Notes: generated from the sequence alone by a model not told the origin. Shown: positions 11,301 to 21,504, numbered from the stretch's first letter. The stretch is 64,000 bases of DNA from Halarcobacter sp. (GCA_048571215.1 CP182352.1:1600001-1664000), one strand, 5' to 3'. Translations and numbers: made by a program.

Positions 11301-13963
11301 TGATCTTTTTTAAGATATGATAAATCCCCATCAGCTTTTACTCCTATTATATAATCTGCATCAGAAACTAAAGTTGAAGCATTTGCACTAACACTTCTTC
11401 CCCCATCAGGTTCAAAGCCTTCTGCATTAAAATCAACACGAAACTCCCCTCTTTCATAAGGTAGTTGAACATCAAAAGAGGCATAACCTTTATCATCTGT
11501 TTTTATATCATTGAAGCTTATATTTTTATAATGACGTATTTTTTCATTTAGATGAGCAGGTATAAATTTATACGATTTAAATTTTTCAAAATGAAATGCT
11601 ACTGGGATAATAGTTGCATTTGCACGAATATTTCTATTTTGTGCAGGAAGACCAAATAGATTAGAAAGATTTACTTCTGCTTTCAAATCTTTTATTTTTC
11701 TCCAACCTAAAGTGATATTAGGGGTAAATTTAGTTTTAATCTTCATAGTATCAGGTTGGAACTCTTCAACAGAGAAATTTGTTCCACCTAAATAAATCTC
11801 TTCTTCATATTTTGGTGTTTTTCTAATAGGTAGATATACATTATAAGTATAATATCCAGTTGAACTTACTAAAGAGGTTGCCATATCAATCTCAAAGAAT
11901 CCACTTTTATCTAAAGAAAAATCTTTTTTATATACAAGTTTATTACGAGCATCAAAAACCTTTGCTCTTACTACTGTTCCACTTTCAAGGTTAAAATCAC
12001 CTTGTCGTACGATAGAAGCCACATGAACACTTTCCCCTGGACGATATATACCACGATCACTAAATGCATAGGCAGTTAATTCATGTTGTTTATCGTCATT
12101 GTATGAGCTAACTCCTGCAATATCAAATTTAGAATAATTTATATTTCTTCCAAAACCTTGATAAGGGATAAAAGAGAGGTCATTTCCTTTTCTAGCAACA
12201 ATTACAGTTGGAGCTTGGGCATTTCTAAAACTATCTAAATTAAAAAAACTAAACTTTCCTTCAGATGTTGTATATCCTGAACTAATTGCTTGCCCATTTT
12301 TTCCTAACACACTTACTCTTACATCCTCTACTGGTTTGCCAGAAGAGATTGATTCAATAAAAACATCTCTACTTCCATCACTTGCTCTTTTTACAACTAT
12401 ACCCATATCTGTAACAACAATAAGTCTTTTATCTTGCAAATAATAATCTCTTCTATTTTTTTGAATATTATAATCTTGAACCTTAACAAAAAAGATTCCA
12501 CTACCATTATTATATAAGTATTTAGATAGATCCAATGAAGCAAAATTTTGTTCTGCTGGATCTGTATTTGCCAATGAAATATACTCTTCTAACTGTTTAT
12601 CAGTAATATTTTCAGAATTAAAAGAATAAGTATTAAAAATTGGAGATCTAATATCTCCTCTTGACTGGGAGATAAGATGATTTATCTGTTCATCTTGCAA
12701 TTTTTGTACAGTAACTTTTAAACCTGACAATCCTCTAACTGCAAAACTAAGCTTTTTTTCACCAGGTAAAGCAAGAAGTGAACCTTCACCCATGATTTTT
12801 AACTCAGTAGGATAAGAGGGAATAGTTCTTTTTACTCTAATATCACGACGAAGTTTAAATCCATTGATAGACTTCATACCTTTTTTAAGAGTAAGGTAGA
12901 CACTACCAGCAATAGGTATTTTAGATTTCAAAAAATAATCTTTTGAAGATGTTTTCTCAATAGGCAATATACTTATACCTTTTTCATATATTCTACTATT
13001 GACAGATTTATCCCTTGTTACTACATCTATTGAGATATTGTTTGAAAACTCTTCAAAAGATATGGCATCTGTTAATGATATATGAAATATTTGTTCAGGT
13101 TTATCATCCTTATTTCTAACTATAGAATAATCTGCATTATCAAGTTTTAAAAAACTATAAATATCAGGTATTAGTATTTTATCTTCTTGTGGCTCATGAA
13201 CTAAAGCTTTGCCTAAAGTGGTTTCTACACCTTTTTCTAACATTAGGGTTAAATAATGCTCTTTAGGTGTAATAGAGATTGTATTTGAACGTAAATAAGC
13301 AGTTTTAAGATCTTTTTCATAAGTTAATTCATATGGAATAATTTGGGAATTTGCTTTATCAATAAGTTTAAGATTTTTTGCCAAAGATTCTTTATCTACA
13401 GGATGGGTAAAAGTGATTGTAGAATAAATATTATGTTCTTTTCCACCTGCAACATCTTGTTCTAAATTGATATTTTTAATAGTAGCTTCAAAGGGTGGAG
13501 TTTTCCATTTTAAACTATTATTAGATAATTTTAAAGCGTTTTTATCAAATAAGCTTTGTTGAAAATTGACAACAAAATTTTGATCTGCTGGCCAATCTTG
13601 TTTAGGGACAAAGGTAAGAGTATTTTCACTTGTCCATTTCCAACTACCAGATATAGCAGGTAAAAGAGAGATACCTTTTTTTACCTCTTTACCTATTAAA
13701 TTTATAGGAGCAATTGGCGAATTTATTTGTTTCTTATAATTTTTATTTTTAGTATCAGCTACATTGGAGAAGCTTATACTTAAGTTGTCAGGGGTATTAT
13801 TGTATGTAATAGAGGGAATAGATGTTGAATCAATATTTAAGGATGCTTTTTCATCAGGATAAAAATACTTATAAGCTAAAGCTCCAATAGCAAGAACAAA
13901 AAGTAATCCTAATACAACAAATTTATTTCTAATATTTTTAAATGAAAATTTTTTATCTGACAT
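8378..13963 (-). CDS. Bacterial alpha-2-macroglobulin (YfhM-like)
   Basis: 1861 aa; DRGIYRPGE, thioester motif YPHGCTEQ, DLLPGGFE and DVREDRVVF; linked to pbpC. Confidence 0.93.
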   Translation of the reverse strand: MSDKKFSFKNIRNKFVVLGLLFVLAIGALAYKYFYPDEKASLNIDSTSIPSITYNNTPDNLSISFSNVADTKNKNYKKQINSPIAPINLIGKEVKKGISLLPAISGSWKWTSENTLTFVPKQDWPADQNFVVNFQQSLFDKNALKLSNNSLKWKTPPFEATIKNINLEQDVAGGKEHNIYSTITFTHPVDKESLAKNLKLIDKANSQIIPYELTYEKDLKTAYLRSNTISITPKEHYLTLMLEKGVETTLGKALVHEPQEDKILIPDIYSFLKLDNADYSIVRNKDDKPEQIFHISLTDAISFEEFSNNISIDVVTRDKSVNSRIYEKGISILPIEKTSSKDYFLKSKIPIAGSVYLTLKKGMKSINGFKLRRDIRVKRTIPSYPTELKIMGEGSLLALPGEKKLSFAVRGLSGLKVTVQKLQDEQINHLISQSRGDIRSPIFNTYSFNSENITDKQLEEYISLANTDPAEQNFASLDLSKYLYNNGSGIFFVKVQDYNIQKNRRDYYLQDKRLIVVTDMGIVVKRASDGSRDVFIESISSGKPVEDVRVSVLGKNGQAISSGYTTSEGKFSFFNLDSFRNAQAPTVIVARKGNDLSFIPYQGFGRNINYSKFDIAGVSSYNDDKQHELTAYAFSDRGIYRPGESVHVASIVRQGDFNLESGTVVRAKVFDARNKLVYKKDFSLDKSGFFEIDMATSLVSSTGYYTYNVYLPIRKTPKYEEEIYLGGTNFSVEEFQPDTMKIKTKFTPNITLGWRKIKDLKAEVNLSNLFGLPAQNRNIRANATIIPVAFHFEKFKSYKFIPAHLNEKIRHYKNISFNDIKTDDKGYASFDVQLPYERGEFRVDFNAEGFEPDGGRSVSANASTLVSDADYIIGVKADGDLSYLKKDQDRTLDFIVVDSKLNKINLKNLKLELLENQNLSVLTKQKDGRYRYETVIKKNTLSTKEFSIEVSGTKIKLDTQKGGNYTLNILDSKGKLLSSIDYHIAVKSNMTGAIEKNAELSVKLDKKTYKTGEMIEMNIVSPYIGTGLITIESDDVYAHKWFTSTTKSSIQKIRLPEGLEGNAYVNVTFVRSINSKEIFTSPLSYAIVPFNINKDKRRIKIDLNTPKIIKPGEKLNIKYKADRKSKIIVYAIDEGILQVAKYKLPEPLKHFLKKRALDVQTYQMLDLILPEFSRYIEAAGIGGGTQAMEEALGANLNPFQRTLDKPAVYWSGIMDANVNEKETSFIVPDTFSGSLKVMAVAVSNEAMGSSFTKTLVRGPFVLSLNVLTMAAPNDEFEVTVGVSNSIEGSGKELPIDISIDLSDNLELISQKMITKNISEGDEDKVTFKIKAKDSLGEGKISFMAKSGNYFQTRSATLSIRPAQNYETIVKTGYKKDIGIIKSDRTLYPQLASKTLSASNSPFVLASGLTDYLSSYPHGCTEQIISQTFPWLALVKSSKYEDINIDSKVNRVISMLQTRQLSNGGFALWPSSDYVNDFASLYAMHFLTELKNNALLSKMPKNLYDGGMDYLRKIARKSTSSIEESRRRALAIYLLIRNEELATNYLIDLHDELQKTKTNWEKDITSAYMAASYILLKKNKIADKLIKEFDPSYASGYTDFQSNLTMNAQYIYLVATHFPNIELDVDENIMPLLQPLIEGKLNTISASYTTLALSAYSNKNDNKYGKDELEFFVVAKKKIALPKTKIKPFMQANIPLDEPELTIESKSPLFYQLVQSGYDKTPYSKPFSKGIEIFKEYVDKKGNIVNEVKQGDEIEVIIKVRSTEKSYIANVALIDLLPGGFEVIRESVPRKNSYWRSDYVDVREDRVVFYAGFSNKMTELRYKVKATAAGEFTVPSALAVSMYDPDIVSHTAASKIKVITSK

Positions 13964-14067
13964 AATCTCTCTTTAGTTTTTTTATAAATAATACTATAAA
14001 TTATATGAATAGCACCTAATATCAGCTTAGCTATAATGAAAATATATTAATTCATATTTTTTTAATG

Positions 14068-14349
14068 CTATTCATAAACATGCAAAGTTATATCTGCACC
14101 TTTTTGTCTTATAGAAACTATACTTTGATACTCATTGCTGTTATACCATTGCTTGGCTTTTTCTAAGGTTTCAAACTCTATTGCAACAACTTCAGGGTAT
14201 TTTGTTGTACCAACAAAACTTTCAGTTTTTGTTCCTCTTAGTAATATTTTTGCACCATATGGTTCTAAAGTATTTTTTACTTTATTTTTATATTCTAACC
14301 ATTTTTCCATATTTTTTATACAAATTTGCCCTATTACATAAACTGCCAT
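14068..14349 (-). CDS. DUF1330 family protein
   Basis: YGAKILLRG..IEFETLEKAKQWYNSNEYQ..R pattern. Confidence 0.85.
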   Translation of the reverse strand: MAVYVIGQICIKNMEKWLEYKNKVKNTLEPYGAKILLRGTKTESFVGTTKYPEVVAIEFETLEKAKQWYNSNEYQSIVSIRQKGADITLHVYE

Positions 14350-14423
14350 TATTAAACCTTTCGATAGAATACCATTTTATAAATATTATCTAATTATTTA
14401 TAAAATATTATTAGGAGAATATT

Positions 14424-14840
14424 ATGAGGACCTTGGAAAATTTTTTATATAGAGTACTTAGTGATAGTGTTGGAAAACTTATCTTAAGACTTATGTTAGG
14501 CTTTTTAATGCTATTTCATGGATATAAAAAAGCTATTGGTGGTATAGAGGGGATTAAAACACTTGTTGTAAATAATGGTTTCCCAGAATTTATTGCTTAT
14601 GGAGTTTATATTGGTGAGATTGTGGTACCTATTTTTATAATAATAGGACTATATACAAGAGTTAGTAGTCTTATTTATGCATTTACTATGGCTGTTGCAA
14701 TTTATTTGGCTCATTCATCACACATATTTGGTTTAACAAAAACTGGTGGATTGATAATTGAAACACCTTTATTGTTTATGTTTAGCGCACTTGCTTTAAT
14801 GTTTCTTGGTTCTGGAAGATATAGTATAGATAAAAGATAA
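14424..14840 (+). CDS. DoxX family membrane protein
   Basis: LRLMLG..HGYKK, GLYTR and GSGRYSID motifs; SD AGGAG. Confidence 0.88.
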   Translation: MRTLENFLYRVLSDSVGKLILRLMLGFLMLFHGYKKAIGGIEGIKTLVVNNGFPEFIAYGVYIGEIVVPIFIIIGLYTRVSSLIYAFTMAVAIYLAHSSHIFGLTKTGGLIIETPLLFMFSALALMFLGSGRYSIDKR

Positions 14841-14892
14841 TAACAATATAGATAAAATTAAGATACAATGTAAGCTATAAAGGATAATCTAA

Positions 14893-15603
14893 ATGGATAT
14901 AACAAGTACAGATAAACTAGCAGTTTTAATAGATGCTGATAATGCCCAAGCATCTGTTATCACTGAATTATTAGAAGAGATTGCAAAATTTGGAATTACA
15001 AATATAAAAAGAGCATATGGAGACTGGACAACTAGCCAACTTAAAGGTTGGAAAGATCATTTACACACTCATGCTATACAACCTATTCAACAGTTTAGCT
15101 ATACAAATGGGAAAAATGCAACAGACTCTTCACTTATAATTGATGCAATGGATATCTTACATGAAAATAGATTAGATGGTTTTTGTATAGTTTCATCTGA
15201 TAGTGATTTTACAAGATTGGCAACAAGAATCAGAGAATCAGGACTTAAAGTCTATGGCTTTGGTGAACAAAAAACTCCAGAGGCTTTTATCTCAGCTTGT
15301 GATAAATTTGTCTATACAGAGAATTTAAGAGAAATAAAAGAGATACCACAAACAAATAATGAACAAAATAAATTAAAAGAGATTATAACAAAAGCTATTT
15401 CAGCTGTTTCAGATGATGATGATTGGGCAAATCTTTCTGCTGTTGTAATACATATAAATAAAAACTATCCTTCATTTGACCCAAGAACATATGGATTTGA
15501 AAAATATGGTAAACTAATGAAATCTTTAGATTATATTGAAATAATGGAAAAACCATTTAACAAAAATAGAAATGTTCATATTTATATAAAAGTAATTAAT
15601 TAA
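14893..15603 (+). CDS. NYN (PIN-like) ribonuclease domain + OST-HTH/LOTUS domain protein
   Basis: LIDADN, RAYGDW, GKNATD, SSDSDF, and C-terminal WANLS..FDPRTYGF. Confidence 0.88.
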   Translation: MDITSTDKLAVLIDADNAQASVITELLEEIAKFGITNIKRAYGDWTTSQLKGWKDHLHTHAIQPIQQFSYTNGKNATDSSLIIDAMDILHENRLDGFCIVSSDSDFTRLATRIRESGLKVYGFGEQKTPEAFISACDKFVYTENLREIKEIPQTNNEQNKLKEIITKAISAVSDDDDWANLSAVVIHINKNYPSFDPRTYGFEKYGKLMKSLDYIEIMEKPFNKNRNVHIYIKVIN

Positions 15604-15625
15604 AATTGAAATCCTATTTCAAATA

Positions 15626-17524
15626 TTATTTTACTTTATCTTCTTCTTGTATAGTATACTCCTCCGAAGGGATTAGAATAGTAAATTCTGCACCTATATA
15701 CTCTTTCTCTTCGTATATGAAAACTTTATTAGCAACAGTAATAGAACCTTTCATATGTTTTTTTATCATCTCATTTGACATATATAAACCAATTCCTGTA
15801 CCCTTATCTTCAGCCTTAGTAGTAAAATAAGCATCAAATACTTTACCTATTATATCTTTAGAGATTCCACCTGCGGTATCATAGATTTTCAACTCTATAC
15901 ATTTACATTTTGAAACATCATTTGAAACTTTTTCACCGCATACTTCGATTTCTCTTGCTTCTATAAATATTATTTTTTCTTCAAACTTAATTTTTTCTAA
16001 TTCATCTATTGAGTTGTTTATAATATTTAATAAAACTTGTATAAATTCATTTTCAAAGCCATATGCTTTTGTTTCCTTTATATCTTTTACTATTTTTATC
16101 AATTTATTTTTAAGTTTTGATTCAACTAATAAAAATACATTATCTACTACTTTCTCTATATCGAAAAATTTTGTTTCCTTATCTGGTCTAAAATAGTTTC
16201 TAAAATCATCAATAGTATTATTTAAGTGCTTCACCATATTTTCTATTCCTATAAGCGTTTCATCTAAAAATTTACTATCTAAACTTTCATAATCATTTTG
16301 TAGTCTAAGTCCAGTAGAACTAGTAAGAATAAAAGATAAAGGCTGTCTCCATTGATGAGCTATATTCTCTAACATTTCACCCATTGAAGCCATTTTAGAC
16401 TGTTGAGCTAGAAGTTTGTCTTTTTGGAATAACTATTCTGCTATTTTTTCTTTTTCAGTTATGTCAATATAAATACCAAGGATTCCTATTATCTCATCTT
16501 TAGTATTTCTCAAAGGAACCTTTGATGTTAAAATTTTTATTACATTACCTTCAGAATCAGTTAGAGTCTCTTCAATTTGCAACTTAGCAACTCCACTATT
16601 CATTACACTTTCATCATCAGCAATATATTTTGTAGCTTCTGATTTTGCCCAAGGCATATCACGATCTGTTTTACCTAATATCTCTTCTTGTTTTTCACAT
16701 CCAATATTATTTAAGAAAAATTTATTTGCACCTAAATATACATTATTTCTATCTTTCCAAAATACAGAAGCAGGAACAGAATCAATTATATTTTGTAATA
16801 ATATTCTAGAGTTTTTAAACTCCAAGATACTATCACTTAAACTCTTTTGTGTCTTAACTAGTTTATTCCCTATTCTTAGAACTTTTTTATTCAAAAAGAA
16901 AATTACAACAATAGTCAAAAATAAAATAAAAACTATAAACAATATTGAATAATATGTTGTGAGAGTTATTTGCTTAGATATATAAGCCTTATCTTTATGA
17001 TCAATTTGTTTAAACTCTTCTAAAATAAATCTTTGATATTGAAATAGAAATTCCATTTTTTTTGTTAAAGAGTCTACAACTAAAAACATTTCACTTCTAT
17101 CTTTTAAAGCAAACATTTCTCCTTTTAACATAAGAAGTGGTTTTTGATGTAAATTTTGAGGTTCTAATACTTTTTGATGTAAAATTGTTGTAATCTCTTT
17201 TATCTCTTTTTTACTTACATACCATAAATTATCAAATCTTTTCTTTTGTGAAGGAGATAAACTCTTAAAGTCCCTATCAAAATTTTCAATAGAACTAAAC
17301 CACAATTTTATTGCTTCAGATAAATCTTTTGTTATTAAAAGATTTTCACTATTTATCTTAACTTCTAAAAAACTATTTTTTGCTTTTGATATTACTGATA
17401 ATTGGTCATTTAATAATTTGATTTTATTTAAAGAGATAAATAGTACTGTACTAGTTAGAAGTAATCCAACAATGAGTACTATAAAACTATAAAAACTAAT
17501 ATCTTTTATCTTTAATTCACTCAT
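15626..17524 (-). pseudogene. Membrane PAS sensor histidine kinase interrupted by one in-frame TAG at 16433-16435
   Basis: The minus strand reads ...TEKEKIAE*LFQKDKLLAQQSKMASMGEMLENIAHQWRQPL... so the two listed ORFs share one frame; H, N, G1, F and G2 boxes are intact. Confidence 0.85.
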
Positions 17525-18989
17525 TTAGGGATTCCTTATAAAGTTTTATTTGTTTATCAAGTCCAAGTTTTTGAGTAATTTCATTCCACTTTTTAGCTGT
17601 CAAATCAAGAGCTTCTTCTGAAGACAACTCTCTTTTTATTGCTTTAATTAAATATTTATCAAAAGCATCATAATATAAATCTGCACCAGGAATTCTAATA
17701 TCACTAATCGAGTTTTTATTACTTAAAGACTTAGATATTACATCTAAATACTCTTTTGCAGATTCTTTTGAGAAGTCATTTTTTTCCCAAAGTTCTAAAT
17801 TAGTTGTTTGAAGATGTGAATATCTAGAAGGATTTATACCACTTGAACCTATAGGTACATATTTTGATGTCATTTTTTTAGATGTCATATATGCAGCAAA
17901 TTTAAATGCTAATTCTTTATTAACTGCATCTTTATTTACAACTATTACCCAATTTCCACTTATGGAAGAGGGATTATTATACCTTACATCCCAACTCTTT
18001 GTATCACTGTTATAAACACTATTTGAACCTGGAAGTTTTGCATATCCAACTTTATTTTTAACAACACTCTCCTTTGAGTTTTGAGCCATAGCACCTGCAT
18101 CTGCCCAATCCAAAATCATAGCAACATCCCCTCCAATAAAACTTTGTCTTACATCTGTTGGTTCAAAATTGGCAACTTGAGCAGGAGCATATTTCATAAT
18201 ATTTATATATTCTGTTAGTGCTTTTAGAAAAGCTGGATTATTTATCTTAGGATTCATATTTGAATCAAAATAAAACTCCTTTTTATCTGGATATTTTGCA
18301 TAAGCAGCAGCTCTTGCAAAAAATTCAAACATTGTTCCATAACCTTTTTTTCTACTTTCAGCAAAGCCATATTCAATCTTTCCATCATTGTCCCAATCCC
18401 AAGCATTAAAAAATTTAGCTATATCTTTATACTCTTTCCAAGTTTTTGGAGTATCTAAGTCATATCCATACTCATTTTTAAATCTTTTTTTATACTCTTC
18501 ATTTTCAAAAATATCTTTTCTATAATATAAATTAATGCAATCTCCATCATAGGGAAGGAAATAGTATTTTTTATTCCAAGAGAGAACTTGATTTTTATAT
18601 ATGGGCAAAATATCATCCCACTCTATCTCTTTTTTAACCCACTCAGGAATCTCAGCAGCATGTTCATTTGCCAATAAAGAACCACCCCATGATGAAAAAA
18701 TAACAAATACATCGTAATTTATTTTTTTATCACTGAAAGACTCTTTTATTTTTTGAATCATATCATCCCAACTAGGAGATACAACTCTTACCTTAGCACC
18801 CGTTATATCTTCAAATTCTTTAATCTCTTTTCTTATAGGACCAGTTATTGCCTTGTCAAAATTAGGAGCGATAGTTACAATAGTAATGTTTTTATATTTT
18901 GATACTTCATTAGAGTTTTTTTTCTTATCATTGCAAGCAGTAAACAATAGAATAAATAATACAAATAAAATTAAATGAAAACTTTTCAT
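17517..18989 (-). CDS. Extracellular solute-binding lipoprotein (sugar-type SBP family 1)
   Basis: Lipobox FTAC; LPYDGD..LYYRKD, PKTWKEY and VGYAKLPG motifs. Confidence 0.85.
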   Translation of the reverse strand: MKSFHLILFVLFILLFTACNDKKKNSNEVSKYKNITIVTIAPNFDKAITGPIRKEIKEFEDITGAKVRVVSPSWDDMIQKIKESFSDKKINYDVFVIFSSWGGSLLANEHAAEIPEWVKKEIEWDDILPIYKNQVLSWNKKYYFLPYDGDCINLYYRKDIFENEEYKKRFKNEYGYDLDTPKTWKEYKDIAKFFNAWDWDNDGKIEYGFAESRKKGYGTMFEFFARAAAYAKYPDKKEFYFDSNMNPKINNPAFLKALTEYINIMKYAPAQVANFEPTDVRQSFIGGDVAMILDWADAGAMAQNSKESVVKNKVGYAKLPGSNSVYNSDTKSWDVRYNNPSSISGNWVIVVNKDAVNKELAFKFAAYMTSKKMTSKYVPIGSSGINPSRYSHLQTTNLELWEKNDFSKESAKEYLDVISKSLSNKNSISDIRIPGADLYYDAFDKYLIKAIKRELSSEEALDLTAKKWNEITQKLGLDKQIKLYKESLNE

Positions 18990-19082
18990 ATTATTTCCTA
19001 ATGTTTTATTTTTATATAATAATTTTAGCTAAATAATATATAAAGTCAATAAATGGTTTTATAATAAAATTAATAATTTAAT

Positions 19083-19832
19083 CTAACATTTATAAGCCTT
19101 AACTCTTAATCTTACATAATCAGCAATCCAAGCATCTTTTTCCTTATATAGTTTTAGTTTTAATATCTCTTTTACTTCTTCTTTAAATAATATTTTTTGC
19201 TCAGCTGTTAAATTTTTAGTTATACCATTTGCAAATATATCTAACCAGTTTGTGATATCATCAATTGGTGTTGGTCTTGGTATTAGTTCTATATATTCTA
19301 CTCTGAAGCCATTATTTTCCAAAAGCGTTTTATACTCTGTATCACTTAAAAAAGTCCAAGGATTATTAAACTCTCCCCAGGAAGGATTCTTATCAAAAAC
19401 TTCTTCCATAGCATCGGTTAGACTCTTAATATTTCCATAGCCTCCAAATTCAGCTACAAATCTACCCTCTTTTTTTAAAGCTTTATTTATCTTATCAATT
19501 GCAAGTTCACTATTCTTTACCCAATGTAATACTGCATTTGAGAAAACTGCATCAAACTCATTTTCAAAATCCAAATCTGTAGCACTTCCAACACTTGCTA
19601 TTATTCCTTTAGATTTTGTTTTTTCAACCATATCTTCACTTAAATCTATACCAATAACTTCAGCTTTTGATTTTTTTATCTCTAAAGCTAAAGTTCCCTC
19701 TCCACAACCTAAATCCAAAATTCTCTCGCCCTCTTTTGGATTTAATAATTCAACTACCCCTAATGCCAAATTTGATACAAAATTTGCATGTATTTTATAT
19801 TTATTTGCATTCCAACTATTTGATTCTTTCAT
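19083..19832 (-). CDS. Class I SAM-dependent methyltransferase (Tam-like)
   Basis: ILDLGCGEG and FDAVFSNAVLHW. Confidence 0.9.
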   Translation of the reverse strand: MKESNSWNANKYKIHANFVSNLALGVVELLNPKEGERILDLGCGEGTLALEIKKSKAEVIGIDLSEDMVEKTKSKGIIASVGSATDLDFENEFDAVFSNAVLHWVKNSELAIDKINKALKKEGRFVAEFGGYGNIKSLTDAMEEVFDKNPSWGEFNNPWTFLSDTEYKTLLENNGFRVEYIELIPRPTPIDDITNWLDIFANGITKNLTAEQKILFKEEVKEILKLKLYKEKDAWIADYVRLRVKAYKC

Positions 19833-19896
19833 ATCATTCCTTTTGTAAATCTATAAGTATTTTACAAAAGTTTAAAATATATATGTACAAGAAATC

Positions 19897-20748
19897 TTAG
19901 ATTTTATGTCGGAATTCTTTAGGTGTTTGATTGTAGTATTTTTTAAATTGGGAAATAAACCATGAAACAGTAGAGTATCCACAAGTTGTAGATATATCTG
20001 AGATGCTTTTATTTGTAGTAGTTAAAAGTAAAACTGCTTTTTCTAATCTTTTAGTATCAAGCCATATTTTTGGAGTTTGATTAAACTCTTTTTTAATATA
20101 TCTTCTAATTTTATTTTCTGATAATCTTGTGATTTTACACATATCATCAAGGGTTTGGATAAGATCAATGTTTGATTCTAGTATATATTTGATTCTATCT
20201 TGACTTGTAACTAAAATTGAGTTAAAAAAAGAGTACATTTGCTTTTCATTGTGTTTTATTGCTTGTAGAAATAGCTCTTCAATTTTAAGTTTTAAAAGAT
20301 TTTCATTGAAATCGGCTTTTAAATATTCTTGAAAAGTTTGCACACTATTTTCAAATAATTTATCACTTTTATAACTTGCCTTTACGGTACTCTCTTCATC
20401 TTTTGTATTGATTTGAATATTATATTTATTTAAAAAATCAAAAATAAATTTATCATCAAAATATACTATTAAAGACTTGTATTTAGAATCATTAACCAAT
20501 CTTTCACTCATATAATAATTATTTTGAGTAAGAAAAAATATATCTGTTTTTTGTATATTGATATCTTCATTACTTAGATGAATAACTTTTGAACCTTCAA
20601 GTACTATACCCATACTATGCATTGTTGTTCTAGCATATACATTGGAGTTTTGTGTTTTAGTAATATAATTTAAACACAATAAATCATCTATTTTTAAAAG
20701 ATTATTATATTTATTTTCAATAAAATAATTTGGCACTACATAGGTCAA
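19897..20748 (-). CDS. AraC family transcriptional regulator
   Basis: C-terminal SISDISTTCGYSTVSWFISQFKKYYNQTPKEFR. Confidence 0.9.
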   Translation of the reverse strand: MTYVVPNYFIENKYNNLLKIDDLLCLNYITKTQNSNVYARTTMHSMGIVLEGSKVIHLSNEDINIQKTDIFFLTQNNYYMSERLVNDSKYKSLIVYFDDKFIFDFLNKYNIQINTKDEESTVKASYKSDKLFENSVQTFQEYLKADFNENLLKLKIEELFLQAIKHNEKQMYSFFNSILVTSQDRIKYILESNIDLIQTLDDMCKITRLSENKIRRYIKKEFNQTPKIWLDTKRLEKAVLLLTTTNKSISDISTTCGYSTVSWFISQFKKYYNQTPKEFRHKI

Positions 20749-20763
20749 GATGATTTTTCCTTT

Positions 20764-21504
20764 TTAAAATACTATTTTCATCAAATCTTCATGAATAAAT
20801 TTATAGTTTAGTTTTAATACAAGCAAATCGCTCTTTACTATTTTTTTATTGCTTTCATTTTTCCCTGAATCAAAAGTTGGAACAGGTAAACCTGATACTT
20901 TTGCACAATAGGTATAAAACTCTTTTTTTGTGGGATGGGAAGGAGCAGCGCAATTAAAAGTTTCATCAAAAATATCTTGTTTAATTACATTTCCTATTAT
21001 ACTAATACAATCATCCCTATGTATCATATTTACAGGTGTATTTGCATCTTTTACAACTTTTCCGTTTGGGAAAAACTTTGCAGGATTTCTTCCATATCCT
21101 ATAAGTCCTCCAAATCTTAAAATTGTTATTTCAAGATTTGTCTTTTTAAATAGATTTTCTATTTCAATTAAAGGACTTGTTTCATCTTTCAATACTGAGA
21201 TTGAACTAATAAAAACAATTTTTTTAATACTTGAATTTAATATATGTTTTATCAACTCTTTAAATCCATCTATATTTTTTGAAGGAATATTTATAATCAA
21301 AATATCTGAAGATAAAAACTTATCAATCTCCCCACTTAAATTATTTGTATCGACAATAAATGGTGTGATATTTTCATCTTTTAAGTTTTCAAATTTAGAA
21401 GACGAAGTTGTAGATAATTTTATAGAAAACTCTTTTGATAATGTTTGAGCTAATGGGAAACCCAACCAACCACTACCTAAAACAGTAATACTATTCTTTA
21501 TCAT
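20764..21504 (-). CDS. NAD(P)-dependent epimerase/dehydratase (YeeZ-like atypical SDR)
   Basis: VLGSGWLG, FISSISV, LRFGGLIG and VNMIHRDD. Confidence 0.82.
   Translation of the reverse strand: MIKNSITVLGSGWLGFPLAQTLSKEFSIKLSTTSSSKFENLKDENITPFIVDTNNLSGEIDKFLSSDILIINIPSKNIDGFKELIKHILNSSIKKIVFISSISVLKDETSPLIEIENLFKKTNLEITILRFGGLIGYGRNPAKFFPNGKVVKDANTPVNMIHRDDCISIIGNVIKQDIFDETFNCAAPSHPTKKEFYTYCAKVSGLPVPTFDSGKNESNKKIVKSDLLVLKLNYKFIHEDLMKIVF

Noticed and set aside
16433..16435. Pyrrolysine or selenocysteine recoding of the in-frame stop
   Set aside because: Sec uses TGA; no pyl genes are in the window; the position is a coiled-coil linker, not a catalytic site.
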